Shown here piece after piece: positions 23,575 to 35,710 of a DNA stretch of 43,251 nt (position 1 is the stretch's first letter; the number at the start of each line of letters is the position of its first letter). The stretch is from the NCBI RefSeq assembly GCF_001194135.2, contig NC_068984.1:42383220-42426470 (forward strand). Direction: 5' to 3'. The stretch is from Octopus bimaculoides. Taxonomy: Eukaryota. The notes beneath the pieces were generated by a model. The model made no database searches and was not told the origin of the DNA. It saw nothing but the letters and a program-made list of their open reading frames with translations. The position numbers and the translations under genes were made by a program.

Positions 23575-24910
23575 GTTCCAAGTATAATTATAAAATGTAT
23601 AATGCAAAAAACCATCTACGAAGAAATTGTTCTATTGATGGCAACATATGTTACGAATCATATTGTAGCAGAACTTAAAAACTGCTAAATATTTCTGTCT
23701 CTGTAGATTTAACACCAAACAGGCTCGTGTTCATAAGCTGACAGCTGTTGTGCGTTATATTGTCCCTGGGAAACGTATTGGCTTCATGTCTCTTAGAATT
23801 CCTAAAATAAAAGGGAATAAATTTTGAAGACTACCAGGAGCAGTCCTATGACAATGTCAGTAATATGTCAGGTTATTGCCCCGGAATACAAAACAGACGT
23901 AAGGAAATGAGCTAGTTGTAGCTTTCATTTCTTGTGCTGCTCATTCTTTAAATCTTGTTAGACAAGTTGCTTCGTCTTTCTGTTTTGAAGCCGTTAACTA
24001 TTTTGACTTCATACAAAGGTAATACACATTCTCTTCTGTGTCGACATACAGATGAGCAAATTTAATTAAGAAGGAAGTCAAAGTACACTAACTTTATAAC
24101 CCTTGTCAGATACTCGTAGCTCTGCAAGAATTGATACTACTAAAGCTCGCGTTGATAGATATAACTGTATTAAAATGCGCTCATATATATTGAAGACGAT
24201 CTGGAAGAAACACCTGAATCATCGTAGGAAGCTCAGACATTGGCAGACAAAATAGACTTGAAATTGATCTGATGATCAAGATCTGAAATTATTTCGTGCA
24301 TGCTTTAACTGTACAAATAAAACTTTATCAAGGATTTGAAATTGGTGGGTAATTTTGCTTCTTTAAGAAAAGTTTCCTAAAACTTCTTTGGCATAGATAT
24401 AAACAGTTGGAATTGGATGCCAGGAATACATGTGAAAATATAGACTACAAAGTAACAAACGGTTGGCCATGCAAGAGAAACAAACATGGTGCCCACACAA
24501 CATCAGCACAGAAAAAAAGTTTCTTTCTGCGAAAGAAAAAATCAGATGCGGTACTTTCAATCTCATTTTAGGACTGTAAAGAGTAGAGTTCTAAAGACGA
24601 TACAGTTTGATGAATTCATTAAAGCTTTTTCAGACGCCAAGAGTTGAAAGAGATGTTTGTGTAAGTAATATAGCAGTATACAGTGGTTAAGTGGTAAAAT
24701 TTTGAGCTTCGTTTTCACGATAAATTATTACACTGATGGATGTTTTAAAATTTTTTATGTGCTAACTTGTCATTTTCAATTATACGCAACACGCGGGTTT
24801 TCATATGTAAGTATAGTGATCTGTCATGGATTTTAAATGTTGTGTATGAGAATACACCGAACTTGCAGTGTCACATACCGCACAAAGTTTAAATCTAACC
24901 CTGAATGATA

Positions 24911-24953
<43 letters not shown>

Positions 24954-25090
24954 NNNNNNNNNNNNNNNNNNNNNNNNNNNNNNNNNNNNNNNNNNNNNNN
25001 NNNNNNNNNNNNNNNNNGTGTGTGTGTGTGTGTGTGTGTGCGTGTGTGTGTGCGTGTGTGTTTGTATATATACATACATATATATATATA

Positions 25091-25255
25091 TGGGAGAATA
25101 TACAAATAATAACAACAGACGAGGACAGGTGGTGTAAATAACAAAAGGATATATTAGTATGACGCTCGGGAATACGGAAAGTCTTTGACGTTTCGAGCTA
25201 CGCTCTTCAACAGAAAGAATACGGAGACAAGGAGAAAAACACGGAGAATGTATAA
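25091..25255 (-). mobile_element. Penelope pseudo-LTR-like repeat abutting (TA)n
   Basis: Reverse-orientation homologue of 20190-20325. Confidence 0.55.
25182..25218 (-). ncRNA. Minimal type I hammerhead-like motif, variant core
   Basis: Minus: stem I TCTTT/AAAGA; core CTGTTGA+A; stem II GAGC/GCTC, loop GTA; GAAA; loopless ACGT; triplet GTC. Confidence 0.6.
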
Positions 25256-25314
25256 ACATATATATTTATATAAATATACATATACATATATTTCTATATT
25301 TATTTATTTGTATA

Positions 25315-25385
25315 TGACTGATAGTTTAATCGAGCATCGCCGATCAGATATTATCGTATTGGACAAGAAAGACAAATACTATTCT
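25315..25385 (+). mobile_element. Short RLE-LINE fragment (R4/Dong-like)
   Basis: TDSLIEHRRSDIIVLDKKDK resembles the endonuclease motif TD..IEHRRPDIVVLDK. Confidence 0.55.
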
Positions 25386-26694
25386 GGCTCTAGTTTTCAT
25401 AGAAGATCTGTAGCAATAATTTTAAAAAGTGATTGAAGAGCACTGCTAACACATGTAGGACACAGTATTAATTTATAAACCTTTGGTAGTATATTATTGT
25501 TGCATATCAAAATACGGTCTCTACCAACAATTAACTTGCTTGTCTATATAATATGTCACTACATATATATAAATATGTTTGTGTGGATATGGATGTGTAT
25601 GATTGCATATATGTATGTACTCATAAATATATTTGTGTATGAGTGCGTGTTTCTCTGTATTTTTGTGCACACCTATACACGTACTTTTAAGAGTAAACGT
25701 GCATATATATTTTTATGTACACATCCCGTTATATATTAATGTACATGTAAGTATATTGTATAGAAGTACATAATAAGAATGTGAAGGCGAGCTATCGAGC
25801 AAGTGCAAGAGAAAGGAAAAGGAAGAGAGAAAATGAGAGAAAGAGTGGTTAAAGAGAGAGGATGAGAAAACATGCAAGTAGTTAAATTCTATTTTTCCTT
25901 TCTTATATCATCCTGCTGTAGGACCCGTGGCTCCTATTCTTTTCCTGTCAGAACAATAGCACAAACAAAAGAAGCAAGCAGATGAAAAAGCAGGCTCATA
26001 ACAATTGCCAAACAGATGAAAATGAAATCAATAGATAAAACAAATATAAAACAATACGAGTTAACAATAACAACATTAATGACGCTTGCCTTAGTTCCGG
26101 TTCGCCTCTTTCCTACTTTTGTGATATGATCTAAGACAACAGTATCATATTTTATAAAGATCCACATTGCGTTAGAGCTAATATATGTAATTATTACCCT
26201 ACTGCTGTTACACTGCCTTCTCTCTTTCTCTTTCTTTTTCCTTTTTACTCAATCCCCCTTTCTTTTTCTCATACTCATTCTCTCTTTCTTTGTCATGTAA
26301 TACACGCATAACACATACACACATGTATACGTATACATATTTTCACTCATACGCATGCACTGTCTCTCACACACATACCTATAAATATATAATTTAATTC
26401 GGTCAGCCGGAACCAGAAATAGGCTAAAACCCTGAGTTTCAGCAAGCGCGAATATTTACGCGTACTTGAAACGACAGTCTGCTATTCTGGTTAGAGATAT
26501 TTGACAACAAACAAGATGGTGGACAGAATATGGTATATCCCGATCATTATGTGAAACACACTTTACAAATGTGTTATCCTCTTCTGGCCTCGCAACTAAG
26601 TTTCTTATGCCTATACCAGCGAATCTATGAAATCTGAAAATTTCCTACTACAATAAAACCTGGTTTTAATCTAAATATTGGATGAAGGGATTTA

Positions 26695-26698
<4 letters not shown>

Positions 26699-26791
<93 letters not shown>

Positions 26792-26807
26792 TGTGTGTAT
26801 GTGTGTG
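26699..26807. repeat. Long (GT)n microsatellite
   Basis: Direct reading. Confidence 0.95.
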
Positions 26808-26809
26808 TA

Positions 26810-26968
26810 CAAGTGGGAGTGCTGAAAAGTTTCTGGCTTTGGGTAAAAGAAAATACAGGAGAATCGTTTAATCATGATTTTATTCAACATATTCCCTTCT
26901 GAGATTTACACACTTATTGCAGCGGCCCTTCAGCTTTTCTAAACCCTGTAAAAGAACCCGGAATGTTG
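26810..26968 (-). mobile_element. Truncated copy of the ~213-bp mariner derivative
   Basis: TA-CAAGTGGGAGTGCTGAAAAGTTTCTGGC...; body aligns with 17128-17340; second TIR missing. Confidence 0.8.
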
Positions 26969-27496
26969 AATCTCGTTTGCACTTTTACCAATTTTCTCTC
27001 GGTCCTCACATTCTCCGCTATCATCCCCCCTCCACCACTACTATCATATAAACACTGTGCAAATTGGAATTTTCAGCGTTCAATGACAGACAATGAACAT
27101 TGGTTACATGTCCGATTAAGACAGTATATTCAGAAATTAAGAAATGACTGTGCTAGCTATATGTAGGGAGTTTCTTTTAGCTTGTGATAGATATAGTATA
27201 TATAGTATGGATTAGATACGTTTTGGTGGGAAGGTTCGTTTGTATTGTTTTTATCTGATATTGTAGTTGGTGTTTATGTATTCGTGTCAATGTGTATGGT
27301 ACTCTAAAATTATAGATACTCTTATGAACATCGTAATTTTTAAGCATGTATAATACACAACATAAAAATGTCAATGCATATGAGCATAAGTAATAAATAA
27401 TATATAATAAAGTACATGAGATAAAGCTAAAATAATCACATCTTTTCTAAAATACATAGTAAAATATATACAGTAAAATATTGCCTCGAAAATAGG

Positions 27497-27764
27497 CAGG
27501 AGTGGATTATATCAACCCTCGTACTTGTCTGGTGCATTATTTTAGCAATCCCGCAGGGATGAAAGGCAAAGGAGGGATTTAATTTCAAAACTTAGCGGTA
27601 GAGACAATCAATATTTAATTTCAGAACTTAGCGGTAGAGATTATTGACAATTAATATTGAAATTAAGCGTTCTAAAGTCAGAACGTTCTAAACTCAGAAC
27701 TTAAAGAGCCGGAAGAAATACCGCAAGGCATATTTCCCCAATGGGCTAACTGCTTTGTCAATCC
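27497..27764 (-). mobile_element. SINE family B with internal duplications
   Basis: GGGATGAAAGGCAAA and GAAATACCGCAAGGCAT...GCTAAC match the reverse of family B; contains 28-bp and 16-bp duplications. Confidence 0.65.
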
Positions 27765-27961
27765 ATAAAATATGGAATACAAAATATGTAGAACATATAG
27801 CATAAGTAGCATACACAAAATATACATTAGACACATATACCACAAATGCAATACATCTATATTATTGTATGCATATCACATACAATAAATACATCACAAT
27901 ATTACAACGCCCAAACGTTTAATAATAGAAAACAAGAAATATTATAATAATGATGATTATT

Positions 27962-28175
27962 CGAGGTGTGCTGAAAAATTCCTGGCTTAGGGTAAAGGAA
28001 GATACAGGAGGATCAATTATTAAGATTTTATTCAACATATTCCCCTTTCAAATTCACACATTTATTGTTGTGGTCCTTCCGTCTTTCTAAGCCCTGTAAA
28101 ATAACACGGAAGGTTAGGCTTCCAACCAGCTTTTCGTGATAGCCTTAGAGCCGGGATCTTTTCAACATCCCCCTC
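27962..28175 (-). mobile_element. 214-bp mariner deletion derivative (MITE-like)
   Basis: TIRs CGAGGTGTGCTGAAAAATTCCTGGC / GCCGGGATCTTTTCAACATCCCCTCT-TA; body aligns with 17128-17340. Confidence 0.85.
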
Positions 28176-28504
28176 TTATATGTAAATGAAAATCTTTCAA
28201 CTTCTATAACCTTGTTTAAGTAATAATAATTTCAAGAACAAAACAGATCTTGAGCATCAAATGAACATACCAAAAATTGGGAACAAACTTCAGTCTCACA
28301 CTCTCTTGACTAATATCGTGGGACGGTCTCATAATTTACAGAAATATATGCTTTTGTAGTTAAATGTATATTAAACGAAATACGTACAATAATGGGTAGA
28401 GAAAAAAACATTTTCGAAATTAAAACTAGTTCGAAATATAATAGTTTTTTTTTTTATACACTTTTACATTTTCTTTCAGATATTTTAGGATTTGTTACTT
28501 TCTT

Positions 28505-28710
28505 TTTAAAATTGTTTCAGACATTGAATGGCAGCCATGGCGGAGTACTGACTTGAATTGTTTGTTCGAAAAAATTGATCCCAGGACGCATTTTAAAGTC
28601 TAGTACTTATTATGTCTATCTCTTTTGTTAAACAGATAAGTTACTGAGAGGTCAACAAACCAATATCGGTTTTCATGAGGTAGGTGGAACACAAGAACAC
28701 ACGAACACAC
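28505..28710 (-). mobile_element. SINE family A, 3' half
   Basis: TTGTTTCAG...GCAGCCATGGCGGAGTAC...GATCCCAGGAC...TAGTACTTATT...; reverse of ~22150-22350. Confidence 0.7.
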
Positions 28711-28929
28711 ACACAAGAACACACACGCCACACACCACCACACACCACCACACACCACACGCAACGCACACACACACACATACACATTTGCATGCATAAA
28801 CATAGTAACAAGAAAGGCAAAAAACACAACTGGTGTATTTAAGTTTTATATAACATACGGGAGCAATTTTATACACATATATCACATATATGCATATATG
28901 TGTGAGTGGGTGCGTGTATGTGTGTGTAG

Positions 28930-29005
<76 letters not shown>

Positions 29006-29009
29006 ATAT

Positions 29010-29057
<48 letters not shown>

Positions 29058-29214
29058 TAATTATGTATACAAATTGTGTACAAATAGATGTCCGACTGCT
29101 ACTGTTTAGAGGTCGATGTAGATTACCATATTCAGTTAGCCTCCAGAGTAGTGGTTAAATATTTACTATACTACTATACTATTACTAGTTATGAAAAACT
29201 GTGAAATGTAGGAG

Positions 29215-29433
29215 AAATTAACATAAATACAAGTTTATATTATGAATTTCTACGTATTATGGCTGCTCGGAACCCCGCATTTTCCGTAACTTAATGCAAT
29301 ACAGTGTTCCCTGATGGTCCGTTCTGGTTAAGCACCCATATGCACTTTGAAAATCAAATGCAGAGTTTCGACGAACCACAATGGTGAAACGTACGTAGAA
29401 ACTCATTATATAAACTCGTGTTTATCTTAATTT
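29215..29433. mobile_element. Penelope pLTR-like remnant bounded by 42-bp inverted repeats
   Basis: 29215-29256 vs reverse complement of 29392-29433: 37/42 identical by eye; the right arm overlaps the 3' part of a hammerhead-like motif. Confidence 0.5.
29363..29404 (+). ncRNA. Hammerhead-like motif lacking two core nucleotides
   Basis: Stem I GAGTTTC/GAAACTC (7 bp); core GACGA (CT missing); stem II ACCA/TGGT, loop CAA; GAAA; stem III AC-GTAC-GT; triplet GTA. Confidence 0.55.
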
Positions 29434-29730
29434 ATTCTCTGTGTGTGTGTGTAAGCATATAGTCAAGAGGTACAAGCGGTGAACTTATTTCTATTTAACC
29501 ATGTAACTTTCATAGTGTTACGTCTGTTTTGCAACTTTCACCATGCAGTGTTAATTTTGATATACAAGAAATTATGCGTAGATGTCTGTATAAATATCAA
29601 GAGGAGCTTATTATGATAGCTGCACAATTTTCTAAATCCATATATTTTACTACTCACTCATTTGTGTATATGCATACATGCATACATACATACATACGTA
29701 CATACATTCCTCTACCAAATTAACTTACTA

Positions 29731-29830
29731 GGCTATAATAAAAGACACTTGCCCAAGATTCCACGCAGCGGGAATGAACCTGAAACCACGTGGTTGTAAA
29801 TGAACTTCTTAACACAACCATGGCTGCGCC
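29731..29830 (-). mobile_element. SINE family A, 5' head
   Basis: Reverse of GGCGCAGCCATGGTTGTGTTAAGAAGTTC...GGTTCATTCCCGCTGCGTGG...GGGCAAGTGTCTT...ATAGCC. Confidence 0.8.
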
Positions 29831-30111
29831 TACATAAATAATAAAACAGACATATTGCAACTAACGCAAACACACTTTTCAACAGCAAACAGGTTAACCC
29901 TTTCACTGTGGAAAGCAGAAATATCCACTCCAAATTCGCTCCCCCCACCACCACCACTTAGCTGCGGAAAACAGTTTTATATACCAATTTGTCTGTTGTT
30001 GAGTAATGTCACGTTTGAAATTATTTTCTGTTGAGACATGTCAAATTTACTAAGGTAATGTGACTTGCAGAAAGGAGAGACGAATGAAAGCCATAGCAGC
30101 CAGCTTGGCCC

Positions 30112-30184
30112 AAAGACTCTCAGGTAGCACGCTTGATATCAGTAAAGTGTGCTTGACTGATATCAAGTGAAATTACCTTTCTTT
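30112..30184. other. Pre-miRNA-sized hairpin
   Basis: Perfect CTTGATATCAGT/ACTGATATCAAG (30132-43/30156-67); inner AAG/CTT; outer AGGTA/TACCT and AAAGA/TCTTT. Confidence 0.5.
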
Positions 30185-30450
30185 CGACGAAATTCTCAAG
30201 GCCTAGGGACATCTATCGAATGACAAAAGTCTAACTCTATGGAAACCGAACTGGTGATCATTGTTGATGGGGAGGCACTTATGTAGCAAAATATTGCTCA
30301 AGAACCTTTTCTTCTTGGATATGATTACAATTTCACGTTTGATATGTTGGGAACGAGTGCGATAGACTAAAAGCTGGAGGAATCCAAAAAGATCTTTTTT
30401 TAAGGATGGGACTTATTGAGCCTTCTGTTGTGTTAGGCGAAGTTATCAGA
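30170..30450 (+). pseudogene. Very decayed LINE RT N-terminal fragment (RTE-like)
   Basis: SFDEILKA*GHLSNDKS (~PS.DEV.KAI..LS.GKA) followed by LICWE; many lesions. Confidence 0.3.
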
Positions 30451-30887
30451 ATAAAACATCATTTTATAGTAATTTACTTTATAGTTATGCTGTTGAAGTT
30501 AGTTTATTTTTTATTAAACATATGTTATGTATTTTAGAGACACAAGCACTAAATATTAGTGGTTCAAAATTAAGTGTTTCTTACATGAAATATACGACAC
30601 TCAGCTTAGCGGCTAATTCAAAAACATGTTGGGAAGAGGTTTTCTGCAAAAGCTTTCTGCACAAAATGTTTTATCATTTTGAACCACGCAAAGTAATGAC
30701 AAGAGAAGACTCAAACTTTCTTTATCAAATTAGGCTTATCATTATTGTCTATCCAAACACATTTTTCGTAACCAGGTTGTAAGTCATTTATATTTGACTA
30801 AATAATGCTGCGCCTATTCCAATCAAGGACAAGAAGTTGGTAGAAATGGAATACATTACAGTATTTAATGCCGTTTTACTAGAGACT

Positions 30888-30958
30888 TAACTGTGTGGAA
30901 AATCGTTTCTAACCACATGATGCAGGTTCGATTTCAATGCGCGGTATTTGGGCAGATA
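30888..30958 (+). mobile_element. SINE family A head fragment
   Basis: CTGTGTGG...CTAACCACATGATGCAGGTTCGATTTCAATGCGCGG...TTGGGCA. Confidence 0.4.
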
Positions 30959-31234
30959 AATGGAATACAATAAATGGAATTCCATTTCACCTTAGAGTAA
31001 TGTTCACTTATCTGAAACAGTATAGCAAATAGATACATAGACCTTTTCGCTTCTGCTGCTACTTAGTTTTCTTTTCTTCTGAAGTTTTATTAATGGAAAA
31101 ACTATGGATTATAAATGTTTGTTTTTTTTTCAGCGCTTGTAGATAGCAGAGATGCCATGGTTGACAATTGCATACCAGATAGAGGTGATATTAATTATAT
31201 TACACTTAACAGCAACAACAACAACATATACAAC

Positions 31235-31276
<42 letters not shown>

Positions 31277-31277
<1 letters not shown>

Positions 31278-31470
31278 GTTTCAAATTTTGACACAAGACT
31301 AGCAATTTGGGGGAGGTAAGTCGATGAAATCGGCCTCAATGCTCAGCTGGGACTTATATCGACCTCGAAAGGATGAAAGCCAAAATAGACCTCAGCGAAA
31401 TTTGAATTCAGAACGTAAAAACGGACGAAATGCCACTAAACGTTTTGTCCGGTGTGCTAACGATTCTGCC
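31277..31470 (-). mobile_element. SINE family B, with AAT repeats on both sides
   Basis: Reverse: GGCAGAATCGTTAGCACACCGG...GTTCTGAATTCAAATTTCGCTGAGG...TTTCATCCTTTCGAGGTCGAT...AAAATTTGAAACC(ATT)n. Confidence 0.85.
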
Positions 31471-31586
31471 ATAATAATAAATACATTTTGGATATATATT
31501 AAACATCTTTCTATAAGAACACACACAAAGAATATGTATACACACATGCATGCATACATACATACATACATACATACATACATACA

Positions 31587-31619
<33 letters not shown>

Positions 31620-32796
31620 GCAATATATGCATTTACACACATACAAATGTAAATACACACGCATGTCTACGCACTCAAATATAAGTAGGCGTGCGAACAG
31701 ATACACATGCACACACATGCATATAAATATTTCTGTGCGTATGTGATTTTTGTGTTTCTAGCAGAAATATGTTTAATATACTTCATACAAGCATATATAT
31801 ATGTGTGTGTGTGTGTGTATAGCATGCATATAAGTACATATATATATACACATATATACATATATGTATTTATGTTTATATATGTAGGTATATATCTACA
31901 TATATATATGTATTATTTATGTATGCATGTATATGTGTATATGGGTGTATATATATGTGTGTGTGTGTGTGCGCGCATTTATATATATGCGTGTGTGCGT
32001 GTGTGTGTGTGCAGACATTCAGAACAAGTTCAAAATATGAGGCTTATGTAAGCATTTACCGAAAAGATACCCCACCAACCAGGGAGAATAATTATAAAGA
32101 CAATAAGGATTCTTTGCAGTCCTCCACCTATTCTTTTACAAAAGATAAACAACAACCGCCATTACAATAACAAAAAATCTCTTTCTCACCCCATACTACA
32201 ACAACAAAAAACAGAACTGAAACAACTACAACACCAACGATAGAACATGAAGAAAAAGAATTGGACACCCACTCCCACAATATGTCACTTCGGTTTATTG
32301 ATATTGTATGTGTTTCTATTTATGCTCGTGGTATATCTCCCGAAACGACCGGGATTCATATGCTATGTAAGTCTGGGTGCTAGACATTTGCGAATTCAGC
32401 TCTTTGACAAGAAGCCACTAAGTGTTCTTGCCCATTATTTCTTAATAAAGTTAAGCTTCCTCTTCTACAGTTTCATAAGCATACGTAAGTAAATATACTT
32501 ATCTATACACATATAAGTATGTGGAAAAGTATTCACATAGAAATATGTATACGATACGCAAAAATATTTGAGCATATATGTGAGTGTATGTGTGTGTGCG
32601 AACATACGCTTTTTATGTGAGCATGTTATATGCAGTAGGCTTTCGTCCTGAGACATAAATAATTAGAGCTATGGGACTAATCATCACGTCTCACTTTTTT
32701 CTCCTGCTTACTCCTATCTTTATGTACGTACGTACATATGTATGTATGTTTGTATTTATGCATGCATATATGTATCTACATTTTTGTGTATATGTG

Positions 32797-32859
<63 letters not shown>

Positions 32860-35559
32860 ACAAATATAAATATCATTACACACTCACCGATATACACATA
32901 AACATACATATACATAAACACACTAAGGAGACAAAAAAGAAAAGAGATCGATAGGTACATAGATAGCGATAGACAGTAAAAAGAAGTGTGATGTGCACCA
33001 TAACCTATTTAAATGGAGTAATTGCATGGGAAACCTTGTCTTCATCAACCGCTTCTAGTGATGTCTGCATAGCAGAGTTAATAGTAACGTTAGTGTTGAC
33101 ATATATGATGCAGAGAACATTCTAGAGATAACTACAAGAATATTTATACAGTGAGAGCAAACCAATATTAGTTGATAGTTAATATTATTTTCATTCTTGC
33201 GACATGTACGGGAAACTACTCTGACGTAGTTTACGCCTTGCTCTGACCTTATTAGCGAAACATAGCCTTCAAAGTATTTATTGAGTCAATAATGAAAGCA
33301 TCACTGAGTAAATATACAATATATGCAATTGTTTTATGTAGGAAAATAAAATTGTATGTAAATAAAGTTTTCAGATATATACCTCAATAAAAGTTATAGA
33401 CAGCACTATAATAAAAAAAATACATAATTTTTCAGTGTTATGAATTCACGAGACACCATGCATGTTAAGAGCTACCCGAGATGCAATGGTTTGTCGTAGG
33501 GAGTGCACTGTGTTAGTCGGGTATACTAATATTTTCCACTCTCCAATATATTCATGTATACCTGAAGCACTTATAAGATACAGATGTTGTTTCTCTGCTC
33601 TTATAACTATTTGTATACATACTCACACATTACTAGAGGGGTGAGTTATATAGAAACTCTTACTCAGCACACATGAAAGTTTGTGAATTTGCATATTGAA
33701 GTTAATTACACGATCATTAAAAATATTAGCAACATTACCACATCTAAAACATTAGCTCTATGGTGAGAAGTCGATGCAGAATAACTGTGACGGTATCGCT
33801 TACAGGCATTTTTATGTGTTCTTTCATGAATCTATTTAGTTGGATAATTGCACGAACGTATGAAAGTAACAATAAGTAACAGTAAATGCATTAGCGATAT
33901 TAAATTGATAGAAAACTTTAAATAACCGCTATTCGACAGCAATTTCTACTGTAACCAGTAGAATGCAATAGTTTGAACCAAATATGCGTGGATCAAAGGT
34001 AAACGATGTCCATAACACAAGAAGTGAACAACGTGATAGAAAAAATATATATACATTAAGTGATACTTATCACACTAAGCAAAATATAGTAGCTGACTTT
34101 CAAATGTAGATATAAAGAAAGACGTAAACCTAAATACACATGATGTTAATCTAAATAAAATTTAATGGTCATCACTACTATATGTTCTGTGTAACGCTAG
34201 CTTATGGAAAGCACGTTTGTGAATCAATAAAATTGGAAACAATAACACTCCTTCCTATGTATAAATATATGTGTATGTATATATATATATATATATNNNN
34301 NNNNNNNNNNNNNNNNNNNNNNNNNNNNNNNNNNNNNNNNNNNNNNNNNNNNNNNNNNNNNNNNNNNNNNNNNNNNNNNNNNNNNNNNNNNNNNNNNNNN
34401 NNNNNNNNNNNNNNNNNNNNNNNNNNNNNNNNNNNNNNNNNNNNNNNNNNNNNNNNNNNNNNNNNNNNNNNNNNNNNNNNNNNNNNNNNNNNNNNNNNNN
34501 NNNNNNNNNNNNNNNNNNNNNNNNNNNNNNNNNNNNNNNNNNNNNNNNNNNNNNNNNNNNNNNNNNNNNNNNNNNNNNNNNNNNNNNNNNNNNNNNNNNN
34601 NNNNNNNNNNNNNNNNNNNNNNNNNNNNNNNNNNNNNNNNNNNNNNNNNNNNNNNNNNNNNNNNNNNNNNNNNNNNNNNNNNNNNNNNNNNNNNNNNNNN
34701 NNNNNNNNNNNNNNNNNNNNNNNNNNNNNNNNNNNNNNNNNNNNNNNNNNNNNNNNNNNNNNNNNNNNNNNNNNNNNNNNNNNNNNNNNNNNNNNNNNNN
34801 NNNNNNNNNNNNNNNNNNNNNNNNNNNNNNNNNNNNNNNNNNNNNNNNNNNNNNNNNNNNNNNNNNNNNNNNNNNNNNNNNNNNNNNNNNNNNNNNNNNN
34901 NNNNNNNNNNNNNNNNNNNNNNNNNNNNNNNNNNNNNNNNNNNNNNNNNNNNNNNNNNNNNNNNNNNNNNNNNNNNNNNNNNNNNNNNNNNNNNNNNNNN
35001 NNNNNNNNNNNNNNNNNNNNNNNNNNNNNNNNNNNNNNNNNNNNNNNNNNNNNNNNNNNNNNNNNNNNNNNNNNNNNNNNNNNNNNNNNNNNNNNNNNNN
35101 NNNNNNNNNNNNNNNNNNNNNNNNNNNNNNNNNNNNNNNNNNNNNNNNNNNNNNNNNNNNNNNNNNNNNNNNNNNNNNNNNNNNNNNNNNNNNNNNNNNN
35201 NNNNNNNNNNNNATAAACATCTATATAAATATATATATACATGTCTAATATATGCATATGTATACATCTTCACATATATATTTTCTTCGACTACTAAGCT
35301 CTGACCTGTCCAGCCACCTAATCTATATTCCTAAATTCTTCATTCCATAATACTACCCCTAACTCTGTCCCATCACTTAGACTCTATCACTACATAACTG
35401 ACACTCCTTTACTTTTTATACATCTCTCTCTCTCTCTCTACCACTCCCCATTCCTCCTATTTTTTTACACTCTAATACCTTTCTCTCTCTATCACCCTCA
35501 TGTCCCCATTCCTACTTTTAAATTATCTTGACTGACCAGTAACTGGTACACTTTCTCTT

Positions 35560-35710
35560 ATTATCTCTCTCCTTGTTTTTCTTTTTTCTTTTTTCTTTCT
35601 TTTCTTTATTCCTCTCTTCCTGTCTTTCTTCTTTTTTCTTTTCTCTTTCTTTCTTTCTTCTCTTTTTTTCTACTCTTTTCTTTATTCCGCTCTTCCTCTT
35701 TCTGATTTGA
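35560..35710. repeat. Polypyrimidine/polypurine tract
   Basis: About 150 nt almost entirely C/T on the + strand. Confidence 0.85.

Noticed and set aside
24269-24295. CTGATGA...GAAA hammerhead-like words
   Set aside because: The intervening TCAAGATCT forms no stem II, and stems I and III do not pair.
24536-24570. KIRCGTFN, like the start of a LINE AP endonuclease
   Set aside because: Too short; no further motif recognised downstream.
26699-26807. Long (GT)n as a Z-DNA element, and the 35560-35710 tract as H-DNA
   Set aside because: Such tracts occur throughout the window; nothing suggests a specific function here.
30125-30146. TAGCACGCTTGATATCAGT resembles miR-29-family mature sequence
   Set aside because: The seed differs and it lies on the 5' arm, whereas mature miR-29 comes from the 3' arm; treated as coincidence.
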